64,000 bases of DNA from Macrostomum lignano (taxonomy: Eukaryota), in the NCBI GenBank assembly GCA_002269645.1, contig NIVC01001938.1:62001-126000 (forward strand), written 5' to 3'. The notes below the pieces were generated by a model. It did no database searches and was not told where the DNA came from. It saw nothing but the letters and a program-made list of their open reading frames with translations. Each line of letters starts with the position of its first letter. Within the stretch, counting starts at the first letter, position 1. Shown here in pieces: positions 26,801-38,883 of the stretch. The position numbers and the translations under genes are program-made.

Positions 26801-28261
26801 CCCACCCTTTGCAGATCCTGCAATCAGCCGAGGCCTACGCCGACCTGGAGCGCCTGGTGGAACTCTGCGGCGGCGAGCTCGCTCCGAAAATCTACGATCG
26901 AGTCCTGCAAAGCCAATTGGCCGCGTCCAGGGCCGCCAGAGAGGCGGCAGAAGAAGCGGCCAGGCGGAAAAAGGATAAAAAGCAGGGGAAGAAAAATGGC
27001 GGCGGCGGTAAAAAGCTTGCCGTAGACGACGGTGGCAAACGACGCGGCGGTGTCAAGGTTGACAGGGACGCTACGGTGAGTAGTAGGAGTACTATTGATT
27101 AGTGTCTCTATTACTTAGGTATATACAAAATTATGTCTTTCTCACGAAACAAATCTTCACTCGGGCACCCGATCCACCCGGATACCCAAATCCACTCGGA
27201 CACCTAACTCTACCCGGGCACTCAACTCCTGCTCGGCCACCCAACTCGTACTCGGACACCCAACTCGTACTCGGACACCCAACTCATACTCAGACACCCA
27301 ACTCGTACTCAGACACCCAACTCCCACTCGGACACCAAACTCATACTCAGACACCCAACTCGTACTCAGACACCCAACTCCCACTCGGACACCCAACTTG
27401 TACTCGGACACCCAACTCCCACTCGGACACCCAACTCGTACTCAGACACGCAACTCCCACTCGGACACCTAGTCCGACTCGGACACCAAACTCCTACTTG
27501 AACACCTAGCTCCTACTCGGACACTTACTCCCACTCAGTCACTTAATCCCATTCGGACACCCAACTCCCACTCGGACACCTAATCCGACTCGGACACCAA
27601 ACTCCTACTTGAACACCTAGCTCCTACTCGGACACTTACTCCCACTCAGACACTTAATCCCATTCGGACACCCAGCTCCTACTGGGACATCCAACTCCTA
27701 CTGGGACACCAAACTTTTACTCGGACATACAACTCCTACTCGGACACCCAACTCTACTCGGACACCCAACTCCCAATCAGACACCCAACTCCCAATCGGA
27801 CACCCAACTCCCAATACTCCCACCTCAACTTGTTGCCTGGGACGGCATTCATGATTCCCCATGATAGTTAATAATCAGAACTCGCACTCTGGCCTCCCTC
27901 TATGCTACAGGCGGTGCCCCAGCTAGTGTACTCAATTGAGCAGTGGGAGAAGGCCCTGATGCAGCTATGCCGCAAGCGCAGCCTGGGCCTCATGCTTCGC
28001 GTGCGTCGGGCGGCTTCGCGCGATTTTCGAATTCGACTGGACGAAGTGCAACAGGCGCTGCGGCGCGGCGAGGCGCCGGAAGATGACGGAGAAGGCGACA
28101 TTGGCGAGGATGATGAAGAAGCTGAGGAGGATGCCGCTGAGGAGGCTGAGGACGATGAAGAGGATAATGAGGATCAAGGTGACGAATCTGTTGAACCCGA
28201 AACAGTGGAGAGCACGGAGCCGCCAAGGAAGCGGGCTCGAGTGCAGCAGAAGTCGCGTTGA
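12951..28261 (+). CDS. FANCI: Fanconi anemia group I protein, 13 inferred exons: 12951-13046, 13985-14194, 14352-14437, 15256-15583, 15823-16073, 16620-17075, 18160-18703, 20688-20870, 21511-22470, 22836-~23191, 23952-24370, 26782-27075, 27911-28261
   Basis: Collinear similarity to recalled human FANCI: [44 protein letters not shown] (ubiquitinated-Lys region), SQ cluster followed by [16 protein letters not shown], and C-terminal [19 protein letters not shown]...SRDFRI with an acidic tail. The exons splice in frame. Confidence 0.93.
13070..13935. repeat. 39-bp minisatellite grading into a related 38-39-bp variant (FANCI intron 1)
   Basis: Units actgggtagccaatccctactcatccacaatgtacagaa, then cccagccaatcccagcacaccccacaatgtacacacc; shared agccaatccc and ccacaatgtaca cores. 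Confidence 0.93.
14590..15130. repeat. Degenerate ~19-bp tandem repeat (FANCI intron 3)
   Basis: Recurrent aaccgacaaagaccatag units. Confidence 0.85.
16095..16540. repeat. 18/21-bp minisatellite (FANCI intron 5)
   Basis: Units gggtgcagattccaagg(tgg)a. Confidence 0.93.
17225..18075. repeat. 19-21-bp minisatellite (FANCI intron 6)
   Basis: Units cccggtgcaattctagag(a/g), each containing tctaga. Confidence 0.95.
18823..20520. repeat. 20-bp minisatellite, about 85 copies (FANCI intron 7)
   Basis: Unit caagcatatccaatcatgct with variants. Confidence 0.97.
21010..21440. repeat. 40-bp minisatellite (FANCI intron 8)
   Basis: Unit gtcacaccctgtctcattctgccacatcctgtcacattct. Confidence 0.95.
22500..22810. 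repeat. Degenerate ttatcgattt repeat (FANCI intron 9)
   Basis: Recurrent ttatcgatttt motif. Confidence 0.75.
23198..23895. repeat. (GTCT)n microsatellite (FANCI intron 10)
   Basis: Long gtct run with cttagt interruptions. Confidence 0.97.
24450..26765. repeat. 21-22-bp minisatellite (FANCI intron 11)
   Basis: Unit tcacc(c)tgtagaatcgcccctcaa with variants. Confidence 0.97.
27160..27815. repeat. ~20-bp minisatellite (FANCI intron 12)
   Basis: Unit actcggacacccaactccc/ctcgt. Confidence 0.9.
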
Positions 28262-28310
28262 ATAGTTTGACCTGCAGACTAAATTTAGTATGCAATCTGG
28301 ATGGATTCGG

Positions 28311-30338
28311 GTAGACTTGGTGTCCAATCTGGGTAGGTTTGGTGTGTCCAATCTGGGTAGATTTGGTGTCCAATCTGGGTAGATTTAATGTCCAATCTGG
28401 GTAGATTTAGTGTCCAATCTGGGTAGATTTGGTGTCCAATCTGGGTAGATTTGGTGTCCAATCTGGGTAGACTTGGTGTCCAATCTGGGTAGATTTGGTG
28501 TCCAATCTGGGTAGATTTGGTGTCCAATCTGGGTAGATTTGGTGTCCAATCTGGGTAGATTTGGTGTGTCCAATCTGGGTAGATTTGGTGTGTCCAATCT
28601 GGGTAGACTTGGTGTCCAATCTGGGTAGATTTAGTGTCCAATCTGGGTAGATTTGGTGTGTCCAATCTGGGTAGATTTGGTGTCCAATCTGGGTAGATTT
28701 GGTGTCCAATCTGGGTAGATTTGGTGTCCAATCTGGGTAGATTTGGTGTGTCCAATCTGGGTAGATTTGGTGTCCAATCTGGGTAGGTTTGGTGTCCAAT
28801 CTGGGTAGATTTGGTGTGTCCAATCTGGGTAGATTTGGTGTGTCCAATCTGGGTAGATTTGGTGTCCAATCTGGGTAGATTTGGTGTCCAATCTGGGTAG
28901 ATTTGGTGTCCAATCTGGGTAGATTTGGTGTGTCCAATCTGGGTAGATTTAATGTCCAATCTGAGTAGATTTAGTGTCCAATCTGGGTAGATTTGGTGTC
29001 CAATCTGGGTAGATTTGGTGTCCAATCTGGGTAGATTTGGTGTCCAATCTGGGTAGATTTAGTGTCCAATCTGGGTAGATTTGGTGTCCAATCTGGGTAG
29101 ATTTAATGTCCAATCTGGGTAGATTTGGTGTGTCCAATCTGGGTAGATTTAATGTCCAATCTGAGTAGATTTAGTGTCCAATCTGGGTAGATTTGGTGTC
29201 CAATCTGGGTAGATTTGGTGTCCAATCTGGGTAGACTTGGTGTCCAATCTGGGTAGATTTGGTGTCCACTCTGGGTAGATTTGGTGTCCAATCTGGGTAG
29301 ATTTGGTGTGTCCAATCTGGGTAGATTTGGTGTGTCCAATCTGGGTAGATTTGGTGTCCAATCTGGGTAGACTTGGTGTCCAATCTGGGTAGACTTGGTG
29401 TCCAATCTGGGTAGACTTGGTGTCCAATCTGGGTAGGTTTGGTGTCCAATCTGGGTAGATTTGGTGTCCAATCTGGGTAGGTTTGGTGTCCAATCTGGGT
29501 AGGTTTGGTGTCCAATCTGGGTAGGTTTGGTGTCCAATCTGGGTAGATTTGGTGTCCAATCTGGGTAGATTTAGTGTCCAATCTGGGTAGATTTGGTGTC
29601 CAATCTGGGTAGATTTGGTGTCCAATCTGGGTAGATTTGGTGTGTCCAATCTGGGTAGATTTGGTGTCCAATCTGGGTAGATTTAGTGTCCAATCTGGGT
29701 AGATTTGGTGTCCAATCTGGGTAGATTTAATGTCCAATCTGGGTAGATTTGGTGTGTCCAATCTGGGTAGATTTAATGTCCAATCTGAGTAGATTTAGTG
29801 TCCAATCTGGGTAGATTTGGTGTCCAATCTGGGTAGATTTGGTGTCCACTCTGGGTAGATTTGGTGTCCAATCTGGGTAGATTTGGTGTGTCCAATCTGG
29901 GTAGATTTGGTGTGTCCAATCTGGGTAGATTTGGTGTCCAATCTGGGTAGATTTGGTGTCCAATCTGGGTAGATTTGGTGTGTCCAATCTGGGTAGATTT
30001 GGTGTGTCCAATCTGGGTAGATTTGGTGTCCAATCTGGGTAGATTTGGTGTCCAATCTGGGTAGATTTGGTGTGTCCAATCTGGGTAGATTTGGTGTGTC
30101 CAATCTGGGTAGATTTGGTGTCCAATCTGGGTAGACTTGGTGTCCAATCTGGGTAGACTTGGTGTCCAATCTGGGTAGGTTTGGTGTCCAATCTGGGTAG
30201 ATTTGGTGTCCAATCTGGGTAGGTTTGGTGTCCAATCTGGGTAGGTTTGGTGTCCAATCTGGGTAGGTTTGGTGTCCAATCTGGGTAGATTTGGTGTCCA
30301 ATCTGGGTAGATTTGGTGTCCAATCTGGGTAGATTTGG
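28311..30338. repeat. 20/22-bp minisatellite downstream of FANCI
   Basis: Unit tccaatctgggtagatttggtg(tg). Confidence 0.97.
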
Positions 30339-30715
30339 TATCAACTGTGAATTTGTGAGACAGACAAAGGAGTTTTTTAATAAATATTTTGTTCTCCCGA
30401 GTTATACTCGAATTCTTAGCGTTTGCATTTTGTACTACTGATACTTGTAGTAGTATTTAATATCATTATTATTCAATACAACGGTACTTGTTTTACTATT
30501 TAAAAACTTAATTTTCTATTATTAATTTACATGGTTTGTTAAATTTACAAATGGCTCAGCATTTTCCTATTGGTGCGTCCATGAGTTTGCGCTCCCCGTG
30601 GCATTGTCTTTTTTAATAAACGTTACTGTCTATTTAATATAAATTCCTTTTGTTAATAGTTATTTGTATAGTTTAGTTAATATTTAATAGCATTAATTAG
30701 TGCTGTCTCATCAAG

Positions 30716-31575
30716 GATATGGTAGACTCCATAGGTAGGTTATCTTAGATAGGGTAGACTCCGATAGTAGATATAGGGTAAACTCCGATAGTAGATAGGG
30801 TAGACTCCGATAGTAGATAGGGTAGACTCCGATAGTAGATATAGGGTAGACTCCGTTAGTAGATATAGGGTAAACTCCGATAGTAGATAGGGTAGACTCC
30901 GATAGTAGATAGGGTAGACTCCGTTAGTAGATATAGGGTAAACTCCGATAGTAGATAGGGTAGACTCCGATAGTAGATAGGGTAGACTCCGATAGTAGAT
31001 AGGGTAGACTCTGATAGTAGATAGGGTAGACTCTGATAGTAGATAGGGTAGACTGATAGTAGATAGGGTAGACTCCGATAGTAGATAGGGTAGACTCCGA
31101 TAGTAGATATAGGGTAGACTCCGTTAGTAGATAGGGTAGACTCCGATAGTAGATAGGGTAGACTCCGATAGTAGATAGGGTAGACTCCGATAGTAGATAG
31201 GGTAGACTCTGATAGTAGATAGGGTAGACTCCGATAGTAGATAGGGTAGACTCTGATAGTAGATAAAGTAGACTCCGATAGTAGATAGGGTAGACTCTGA
31301 TAGTAGATAAAGTAGATTCCGATAGTAGATAGGGTAGACTCTGATAGTAGATAAAGTAGACTCCGATAGTAGATAGGGTAGACTCTGATAGTAGATAAAG
31401 TAGACTCCGATAGTAGATATTGTAGACTATGATAGGGTAGACTCTGATAGTAGATAAAGTAGACTCCGATAGTAGATATTGTAGACTATGATAGGGTAGA
31501 CTCTGATAAGAGATTCGATAGACTCCACATGTAAGTTTTCTTAGAAAATATCAGATATGATAGACTCCATAGGTA
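30716..31575. repeat. 20/22-bp minisatellite
   Basis: Unit agatagggtagactccgatagt. Confidence 0.95.
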
Positions 31576-31678
31576 GACTATGCTCAAATAGGTAGAGGGT
31601 AATACAGTAGATAAGCGAATCGAAGTACGTGTGCAATGTGTGCACCCGCCCATTATTCGATCAAATACAATTTCGCAG

Positions 31679-32176
31679 GAAATCTCCCCGCTAGCCAATG
31701 AGAACAGCCTGCTATCTGCTGGCATTCTCACCGCCTCCAGCGTATTCGCCATTGCCGCTGGCGGCTCTCGTTGGGGCCTGGGAATCTACGGCTTATTGCT
31801 GGGCCCACTGCTAGCCCTGCTGGAGTATCCCCGGGCCTTCAAGGTCGAGAGACGCTGGCAAAGCCGTCTGTACCCTCTGTTTCGGTGGCCACTAATCGGC
31901 AAGCTGTACACTCGATGCGTTCTCCATCTGGTTGTAGCTTTGCCCTGTCTGTTCTGCCTACCATTGACTGCGCCGTCATTGTCTTTGTTAATATCGGCCT
32001 GTCTTTATCTAGCTGCTACACTACGCGGAGAGAAGTTTTGCCTACCAGAATCTGATGCCATGAATAGAGCCTATCTGCCGGCAGGTGGCCGAGGTATGAG
32101 TTTACCAACGCAGCCGCCGCCTATGCCGCAGTCGCAAACTGAACTGGCTAATAGTGGCGGATTCTCTAATTATTGA
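31679..32176 (+). CDS. CYBA: Cytochrome b-245 light chain (p22phox)-like; main exon, start exon not located
   Basis: LANENSLLSAGIL, LLEYPR, RCVLHL, LYLAATLRGE and the proline-rich TQPPPMPQ tail match recalled p22phox motifs (WANEQALASGLIL, LLEYPRG, RAVLHL, YLLAAVRGE, NPPPRPP). Acceptor tttcgcag at 31677-31678. Confidence 0.85.
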   Translation, partial: EISPLANENSLLSAGILTASSVFAIAAGGSRWGLGIYGLLLGPLLALLEYPRAFKVERRWQSRLYPLFRWPLIGKLYTRCVLHLVVALPCLFCLPLTAPSLSLLISACLYLAATLRGEKFCLPESDAMNRAYLPAGGRGMSLPTQPPPMPQSQTELANSGGFSNY

Positions 32177-32259
32177 TTTTGCAAAACTGAACTCTGTGTA
32201 ATTAAATCTTTATCTACTAATACAGTCTGTATTCAATTCTGAGATACGAAAATAATTGA

Positions 32260-32695
32260 AGCCCAGTCCGGCCAGCCACCTCACTCTCCAAGTGTACTTA
32301 TTCCTGCCCAGTCAGGCCAGCCACCTCACTCCCCAAGTGTACTTAATTTGTGCCCAGTCAGGCCAACCACCTCACTCCCCCAGTGCACTTATTCCTGCCC
32401 AGTCAGGCGGCCAGCCACCTCACTCCCCAAGTGTACTTAATTCGTGCCCAGTCAGGCCAACCACCTCACTCCCCCAGTGTACTTAATTCCTGCCGAGTCA
32501 GGCCAGCCACCTCACTCCCCCAGTGTACTTAATTCCTGCCCAGTCAGGCCAACCACCTCACTCCCCCAGTGTACTTAATTCCTGCCGAGTCAGGCCAGCC
32601 ACCTCACTCCCCTAGTGTACTTAATTCCTGCCCAGTCAGGCCAGCCAACTCACTCCCCCAGTGTACTTAATTCCTGCCCAGTCAGGCCAACCACC
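32260..32695. repeat. 45-49-bp minisatellite
   Basis: Unit cccagtcaggccagccacctcactcccccagtgtacttaattcctg. Confidence 0.92.
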
Positions 32696-33074
32696 ATTCC
32701 AGTATAGTTAATAACTGTTAATCTATAATTTATTCCTAAAATCAAATTTAAATTTTGTATTTTAATGTTAGTACTTATATCACCGAAGTTACTCCAACGC
32801 TTTGGAAGATATTGAGCATTGCTAACTGTAAACATGCTAATTTTAAGCTTTCTTGCTAACGATATTGACATTGATAGATGGCTGTGATTCTGATTTTTAC
32901 TGTGATAATCCCTCAGATTTTTTTATCAACTACATGTAAGTATTGCTATAAAATAAATTTAGCAACAAAATATTAATACTTTTACATTCCTGTAGCTGAC
33001 AGTTAATGTGTTTTGTCATGTTTGATTTTTTTCTTTTAATTTCTTATATAGAATTGTTCCAGAAAAGTCACCAT

Positions 33075-33455
33075 AGAACAATCCTCATCATCCATGGGAT
33101 TTCTAGGAAAGACCGCTTTGAGAACATCCTCATCTTCCATGGGATTTCTAGGAAAGACCACTTTGAGAACATCCTCATCTTCCATGGGATTTCTAGGAAA
33201 GACCACTTTGAGAACATCCTCATCTTCCATGGGATTTCTAGGAAAGGCCTCTGAGAACATCCTCATCATCCATGGGATTTCTAGGAAAGGCCTTTTTGAG
33301 AACAATCCTCATCATCCATGGGATTTCTAGGAAAGGCGTCTTTGAAAACAATCCTCATCATCCATGGGATTTTTAGGAAAGGCCTCTTTGAAAACAATCC
33401 TCATCATCATGGGATTTCTTGGAAAGGCCTCTTTGAGAACATCCTCATCTTCCAG
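33075..33455. repeat. ~45-bp minisatellite upstream of COG7
   Basis: Unit catcctcatcttccatgggatttctaggaaagaccactttgagaa. Confidence 0.92.
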
Positions 33456-33561
33456 AAGCACAGTTTAATTATTTATGCTAAAATCTGAATTAAAGTTGGC
33501 AGCTAATTTCACAGCTTATAACGCCATTGCACCCCACAGCACACAAAGATCAGACACACCG

Positions 33562-36500
33562 ATGGATTGTACACCAATTTTCGAGCCAGACTTCGACATG
33601 AAGGCTTGGCTTAACGCCGCATTTGCTGCTGGAGCCGCCGACGAGCCCGAAGGTCTTGACGATGCTGACACGGCTAACAGATTGTTGGCTAAACTGCAGT
33701 CCTATCAGCAAGAAGTTGGTGCCCTACTAGAAGAGAGCTGGACTTCGGCAATTGCCGCGGTGCCAAGGGCTGCTAGAGAGATGGCTTCGGTGAAGCAGGA
33801 GGCCCTGCTGTTGCAAGATCAGCTGAGGTCGGTCAAGTCGCAATTGGAGCGGGTAGAGCAGGTTGGTGATTTTATTATTTTTTATCTTTGTTGCTTTTAA
33901 ACTACTTATAGTAGATCAAAACGAAATCTCCCTTATTTTTATTAAAAATTCAAAATTTCCGTTTTTTATCTATATTTTCTACTTGTAGTAGCTGATTGAT
34001 AAATCGCTGTTTTTTGCTGTTTTATTCCGTAGTTTTTACATAAATTTGGCCTTATCTTTGAACCTTGAAAAATGAATTTCTTACGAATGAAATTTTCTTC
34101 AGCAGAAATATAAGATTTCCTTCGTCTACTTATAGTAGCCTATTGAACAGCAAAAATTGAAATTGAAATTTTCTTTTTGAAAAATTAAAAAAAATAGTTA
34201 ATTATTACCAACGCAGGAGACCTCGGCCAGCATGGCCAAATTAGTTGAGGCTGACAGATTAAAAAGCCGCTTACAGCGAGCCAGCTCGGCACTGCGAGAG
34301 GCCGACAGCTGGACCAGTCTGTCAGCCAATCTCGACGATCTGCTTGATAGCGACGATCTCGCTGGCATAGCCGATCGCCTGGCTCAGCTAGCTCAGTCTT
34401 TGAGCATGCTCGACTCTTCGCCAGATTACGCGTCCCGCCAGCAGCAGCTCGAATCCTGGCGCAATCAGTTCGAGGCCCAACTAGCTGTACACGTGTATCG
34501 AGCTTTCGCTGGCCGAGACACCGGCGAGTGCGCTCGGCTGGTGGGCCTGCTAGCTCGGATTGGGAGGCCGGCAGCGGCCAATACTCACTATCAGCGATGG
34601 CTCACTGGTTACCTGGCCGACGTATGGTCCGCTGCCGCCGCCTCCGCCGCCGGTTCAGCCAAGCAAGACGACAGCCAGCAAGCTGCCGAGGTTGCTGAGG
34701 ACTCTCAGACTGCCGCTTCGGAGGATGACACCGATTCGAAAGGTTCGAATTTACATTTCCGTTTTTTCGATACATATCGGCGATTTTTTATTTTATCTTC
34801 CGACTTAATTAAGGGCTTTTTACTTGAATAATAGTTTTCGATACATACCGGCAATTTTTTTGTCGGACTAAATAGTATATCTACTACTGGAATAGCAGCT
34901 TTCGATACATATCGGAATTTTTGTTTTATTGTCGGACTAAATAATGCCTCTACCGGAATAATAGTTTTTCTAAACATATCGGCGATTTTTTTATTTTATC
35001 GTCGGGCTTATTATTAGAATAATAGTTTTCGATACATATCGGAGATTTTTACTTTTATCGTCACTGAATATTAGCTCTTTAATACTGGAATAATAGTTTT
35101 CGATACATATCGGTGAATTTATATTTTATCGTCGGATTGAATATTAGCTCTTTATTGGAATAGTCGTTTTCGATACATATCGGCGATTGTTAATTTTATT
35201 TTCGGACTAAATAATAGCTCCTTACTGGGATAATAGTTTTCAATGCCTATCGGCGAAATTATTATCAAAGATTTAACAAAAGCGAGACTGTCAGACGATA
35301 TGTGTATTAAAAAATTGATTTAATTTTACTAATTTTTTCGATACATGTCGGCACCTCACCCTGCTGCTCAACTTGCAGCAGCCAAAGCAGTGGAAACTGC
35401 CGAATCGTCGCTAGACGCTCTGCTAAGCGCCTGCCGTCGCGAACTGCAAGCCAGCCTGCTGTCCGACTGCCGCCGGCTCGTGCTGGACTGTCTGGCTCGC
35501 GCTTTGCCAGCGTTGCGACCCTCCATACCGGACGTTGTCCGACCCAAGTCCACCGTCGCTGATGCCGCCCAGCCTGACCTTCACGTGTCCCTTCGACGTT
35601 TAAGCATCATGTGCCAATCCGCCGCCGATCTGGCCGCTCTGTTCCCAGCCGCCGCTGCCCACGACGGCACCTCCTCGGCTATGGAAGAATCTCGGACAGC
35701 CGCTCTGTCCGGCTTGCTTCGTCCGGCTTGTCCGAATCTGCTAGCCGACATCGAGCAGGCAGCCGCCCAGCAACTGTCCAGCGATCTGGGCGCCATCCCC
35801 ATGGATCAATCCGATGTTGACGACACTCTGGGCTTGTTAGAGAACGCCACTCCCCTTGCCATGTCCTCCGCTAGCCGCCTGTCCTCAGCGTGCCTGACCG
35901 TCAGTCCGCCTGTCTGCTCGGCTCGCCTAGCCCGCCTTCTGCCGGCGCACCTGGCCAACTACCTGCGCGAGCTGTCCAGAGTGTTGGGCAATGTCCGGGC
36001 CAAGCTGCCCGACCCGTCGGACGATTGGTCAGCTGTTGGCGTCATACTTCGCACCGGCTGCCTGCTGGGCCGTCTGGTGGATGCCGCCGCCCAGTTTGCC
36101 GTTGAATTCTCGGACAGCTGCCTGACAGCTGCGGCCAGCTCTGACCAGCTGCGCCTGCCCGACTGGACTATGCTGGTTTATGCCGACAGCGCCGAGGACG
36201 ACCGGCGCCTGCTGCGCGAGTTGATCAGCGCGCTGCAAGACGGCCGACAGCCTGGCTGGCTGCGCGAGATGCGCGCCTCCTGTCAGGCATTCTGCAGGGA
36301 GCAGCACCGCCTGCTGTTTGGCCTGTTGGCTAAGCCTGTTGACAGGCTGTTGAGCGCTCTGCCCGGCTTGCCTTGCTGGTCGCCAAGGTAACTTGTATGC
36401 GTGTATTGGAATTGCTTGGTGCAGTGCGTAGTTCATAGCGCATGTTTGCTAAGCTGCGAGTTTCTGTCAGTGAAGATTACGACTAATTACCTGGGAGACT

Positions 36501-38743
36501 ACAGTGTGTAGTGCAGGGGTCGGCAAACTCTGGTCCGCTCAAGGTTTGTCTCTTTTCCTCTACTCTACTTTCTTTCAACTACTTTCCTCTCTCTCTCTCT
36601 GCTCTCTTTCCCTTCTCTCATCTCTCCTCTTTTCCCTCTTTCCTTTCCTCCTCTTCTCTCATCTCCTCTCCTCTCCTCTCCCTTCTCTCCTCTTTCCTTT
36701 TCTTCTTCTCTCTCTCCTCTCTCCTCTCTCCCTCCTCTGGCCTGCAGTCATGCGCTAGGTTCTCTATCTGGCCTTTTAGATAAAATAGTTATCAATGATT
36801 CGTTCTCTATGAGGCGTTAAATGCGGTGTTGCCATAGACAAATGTAACAAATTTAGCATCCTGCTTCAATCAGTTAACTCTTTCCTCTCACTTACATACG
36901 AGGGGTATTCAATAAGTTTCCGGATACACAATAAAAATAGCAAATAAAAAATTACTATTAGGTCTTTTCAAAGTACTCCCCAGCAGCTTCGATGCACTTC
37001 CTCATCCTCTCAAACCAAGTAGAAAAGCAGCCAGTCCATTTGGACTAAGGGATGTTGTACAGGTGACTGCGGAAGGCCTCGACAGCCAACTCCGGCAACT
37101 CAAACCGAACTCCTTTGAGCAGGCGCTTGACCCGAGGGAACACAAAGAAGTCGCACAGGGCCAGGTCTGGACTGTAGGGTAAATGTTGAAGCAGCTGGAT
37201 GCGGTTCTGCTCCATAAACTCCATTGTTTGTCGCGCAGTGTGGGCTGGGGCATTGTCCTGGTGGAGCAACAGGCTGCGAGTTCGAGTCCTTGGACGCCTC
37301 TCGTCGATGGACTGTAGCACCTGCGGCATGCATTCGGTAACATTCCATCCGGCAGTCACATGACACAGGGCCACATGACTGCTACGAGCCACAAAAGAAG
37401 CTGTACACTGTACACCCAGGTTTCATCACTAGTGATAATCTCCTATAGGTGCTCGTTGACCTCCCACTGTCAAAAATGTTGAGCATGGCTTGGCAACAAT
37501 CGACCCAGGCCTGCTTCTGCTCCTGGGTCAGGTGGTGGGGTACCCAACGGGCGGATGCCTTGCTCAGCCTGAGCCTTTTGTGCAGAATGGTGGAGGTGCT
37601 TCCCGATGAAATGCCGATAGCTGTGGCTAGTTGCTGAACCATCATTTGCGGATCTTCTTCAATCAGTGCTCGCACTGCAGCAACGTTTTCATCGGTTGTC
37701 AAGCTTGGAGGTCGTCCCTCTCGAGCTTCGTCTTCAAGCGACAGCCGACCCCGACGAAATTCGGCGAACCAGTCAAAAACGGTTGCTCTGGATGGCGCAG
37801 TGTCGCCGAAGGCCTGGTGAAGCCGTTCCAAGCTCTCTGACTGCGTCAGACCACTTTTGTAGTCGTAGTAAATCATCGCTCTCCAGTGCAGAGTGCGCGA
37901 CAGTTCCATTGCAGATAGGTTTGATAAAGGGAGGGGGGTAGGTGACTAAAATAAAATTCTAAGTGGCAGGGTTGAAAGTGGAGCCTTTTATATTTGATGA
38001 ATAAGCTTGGGACATGTATATCTTTTAGTTAATTACATTGTGTGCAGACCTAAACAAGCTGTTTCATGTATTTCGGAAACTTATTGAACACCTCTCGTAT
38101 TTCTCGCGTTTTACTACTCATTTATGCTTTTGGAAGTAGCATATATTAAAAAAGTAAGCGGTAAAAAAAATTGAAAAACCTTCAGACCCGACGATCCGGC
38201 TGCAGCTCAGCAACTGCCGGCTTTTGGTTATTTAGCCAGCGAGTGCGTTGCCCAGGTTGGGCAGTACCTGCTGCACCTGCCGCAGCAGCTGGGGCCCTTC
38301 CTGTCTGCCGATACACCTGGCCTCAGGTCCGCTATTGCTCACTCCGGTCTCACCCAGATGCTGCAGCATCATCACCATCAGCAGCATCAGAGGCTGGGGC
38401 AGCAGCAGCAACAGGCCGCTGAGACTGAGGATGGCGCTGCGACTGCAACTAGCGACCAGGTTAGTTTCACCTCTGTCTGTCTGTCTGTCTTAGTGTCTGT
38501 CTTAGTGTCTGTCTGACAGGCTGTCTGTCTTTCTGTCTGTCTGACAGGCTGTCTGTCTTTCTGTCTGTCTGACAGGCTGTCTGTCTTTCTGTCTGTCTGT
38601 CTGTCTGTCTGTCTGTGTCTGTCTGCTGCCTGCCTGTCTGCTGTCTGTCTGTCTGTGTCTTTCTGTGTCTGTCTGTCTGTCTGTCTTTCTGTCTGTCTGT
38701 CTGTCTGTCTTAGTGTCTGTCTGCTGTCTGTCTGTCTGTCTGC

Positions 38744-38779
<36 letters not shown>

Positions 38780-38783
38780 CGAG

Positions 38784-38831
<48 letters not shown>

Positions 38832-38835
38832 CGAG

Positions 38836-38883
<48 letters not shown>

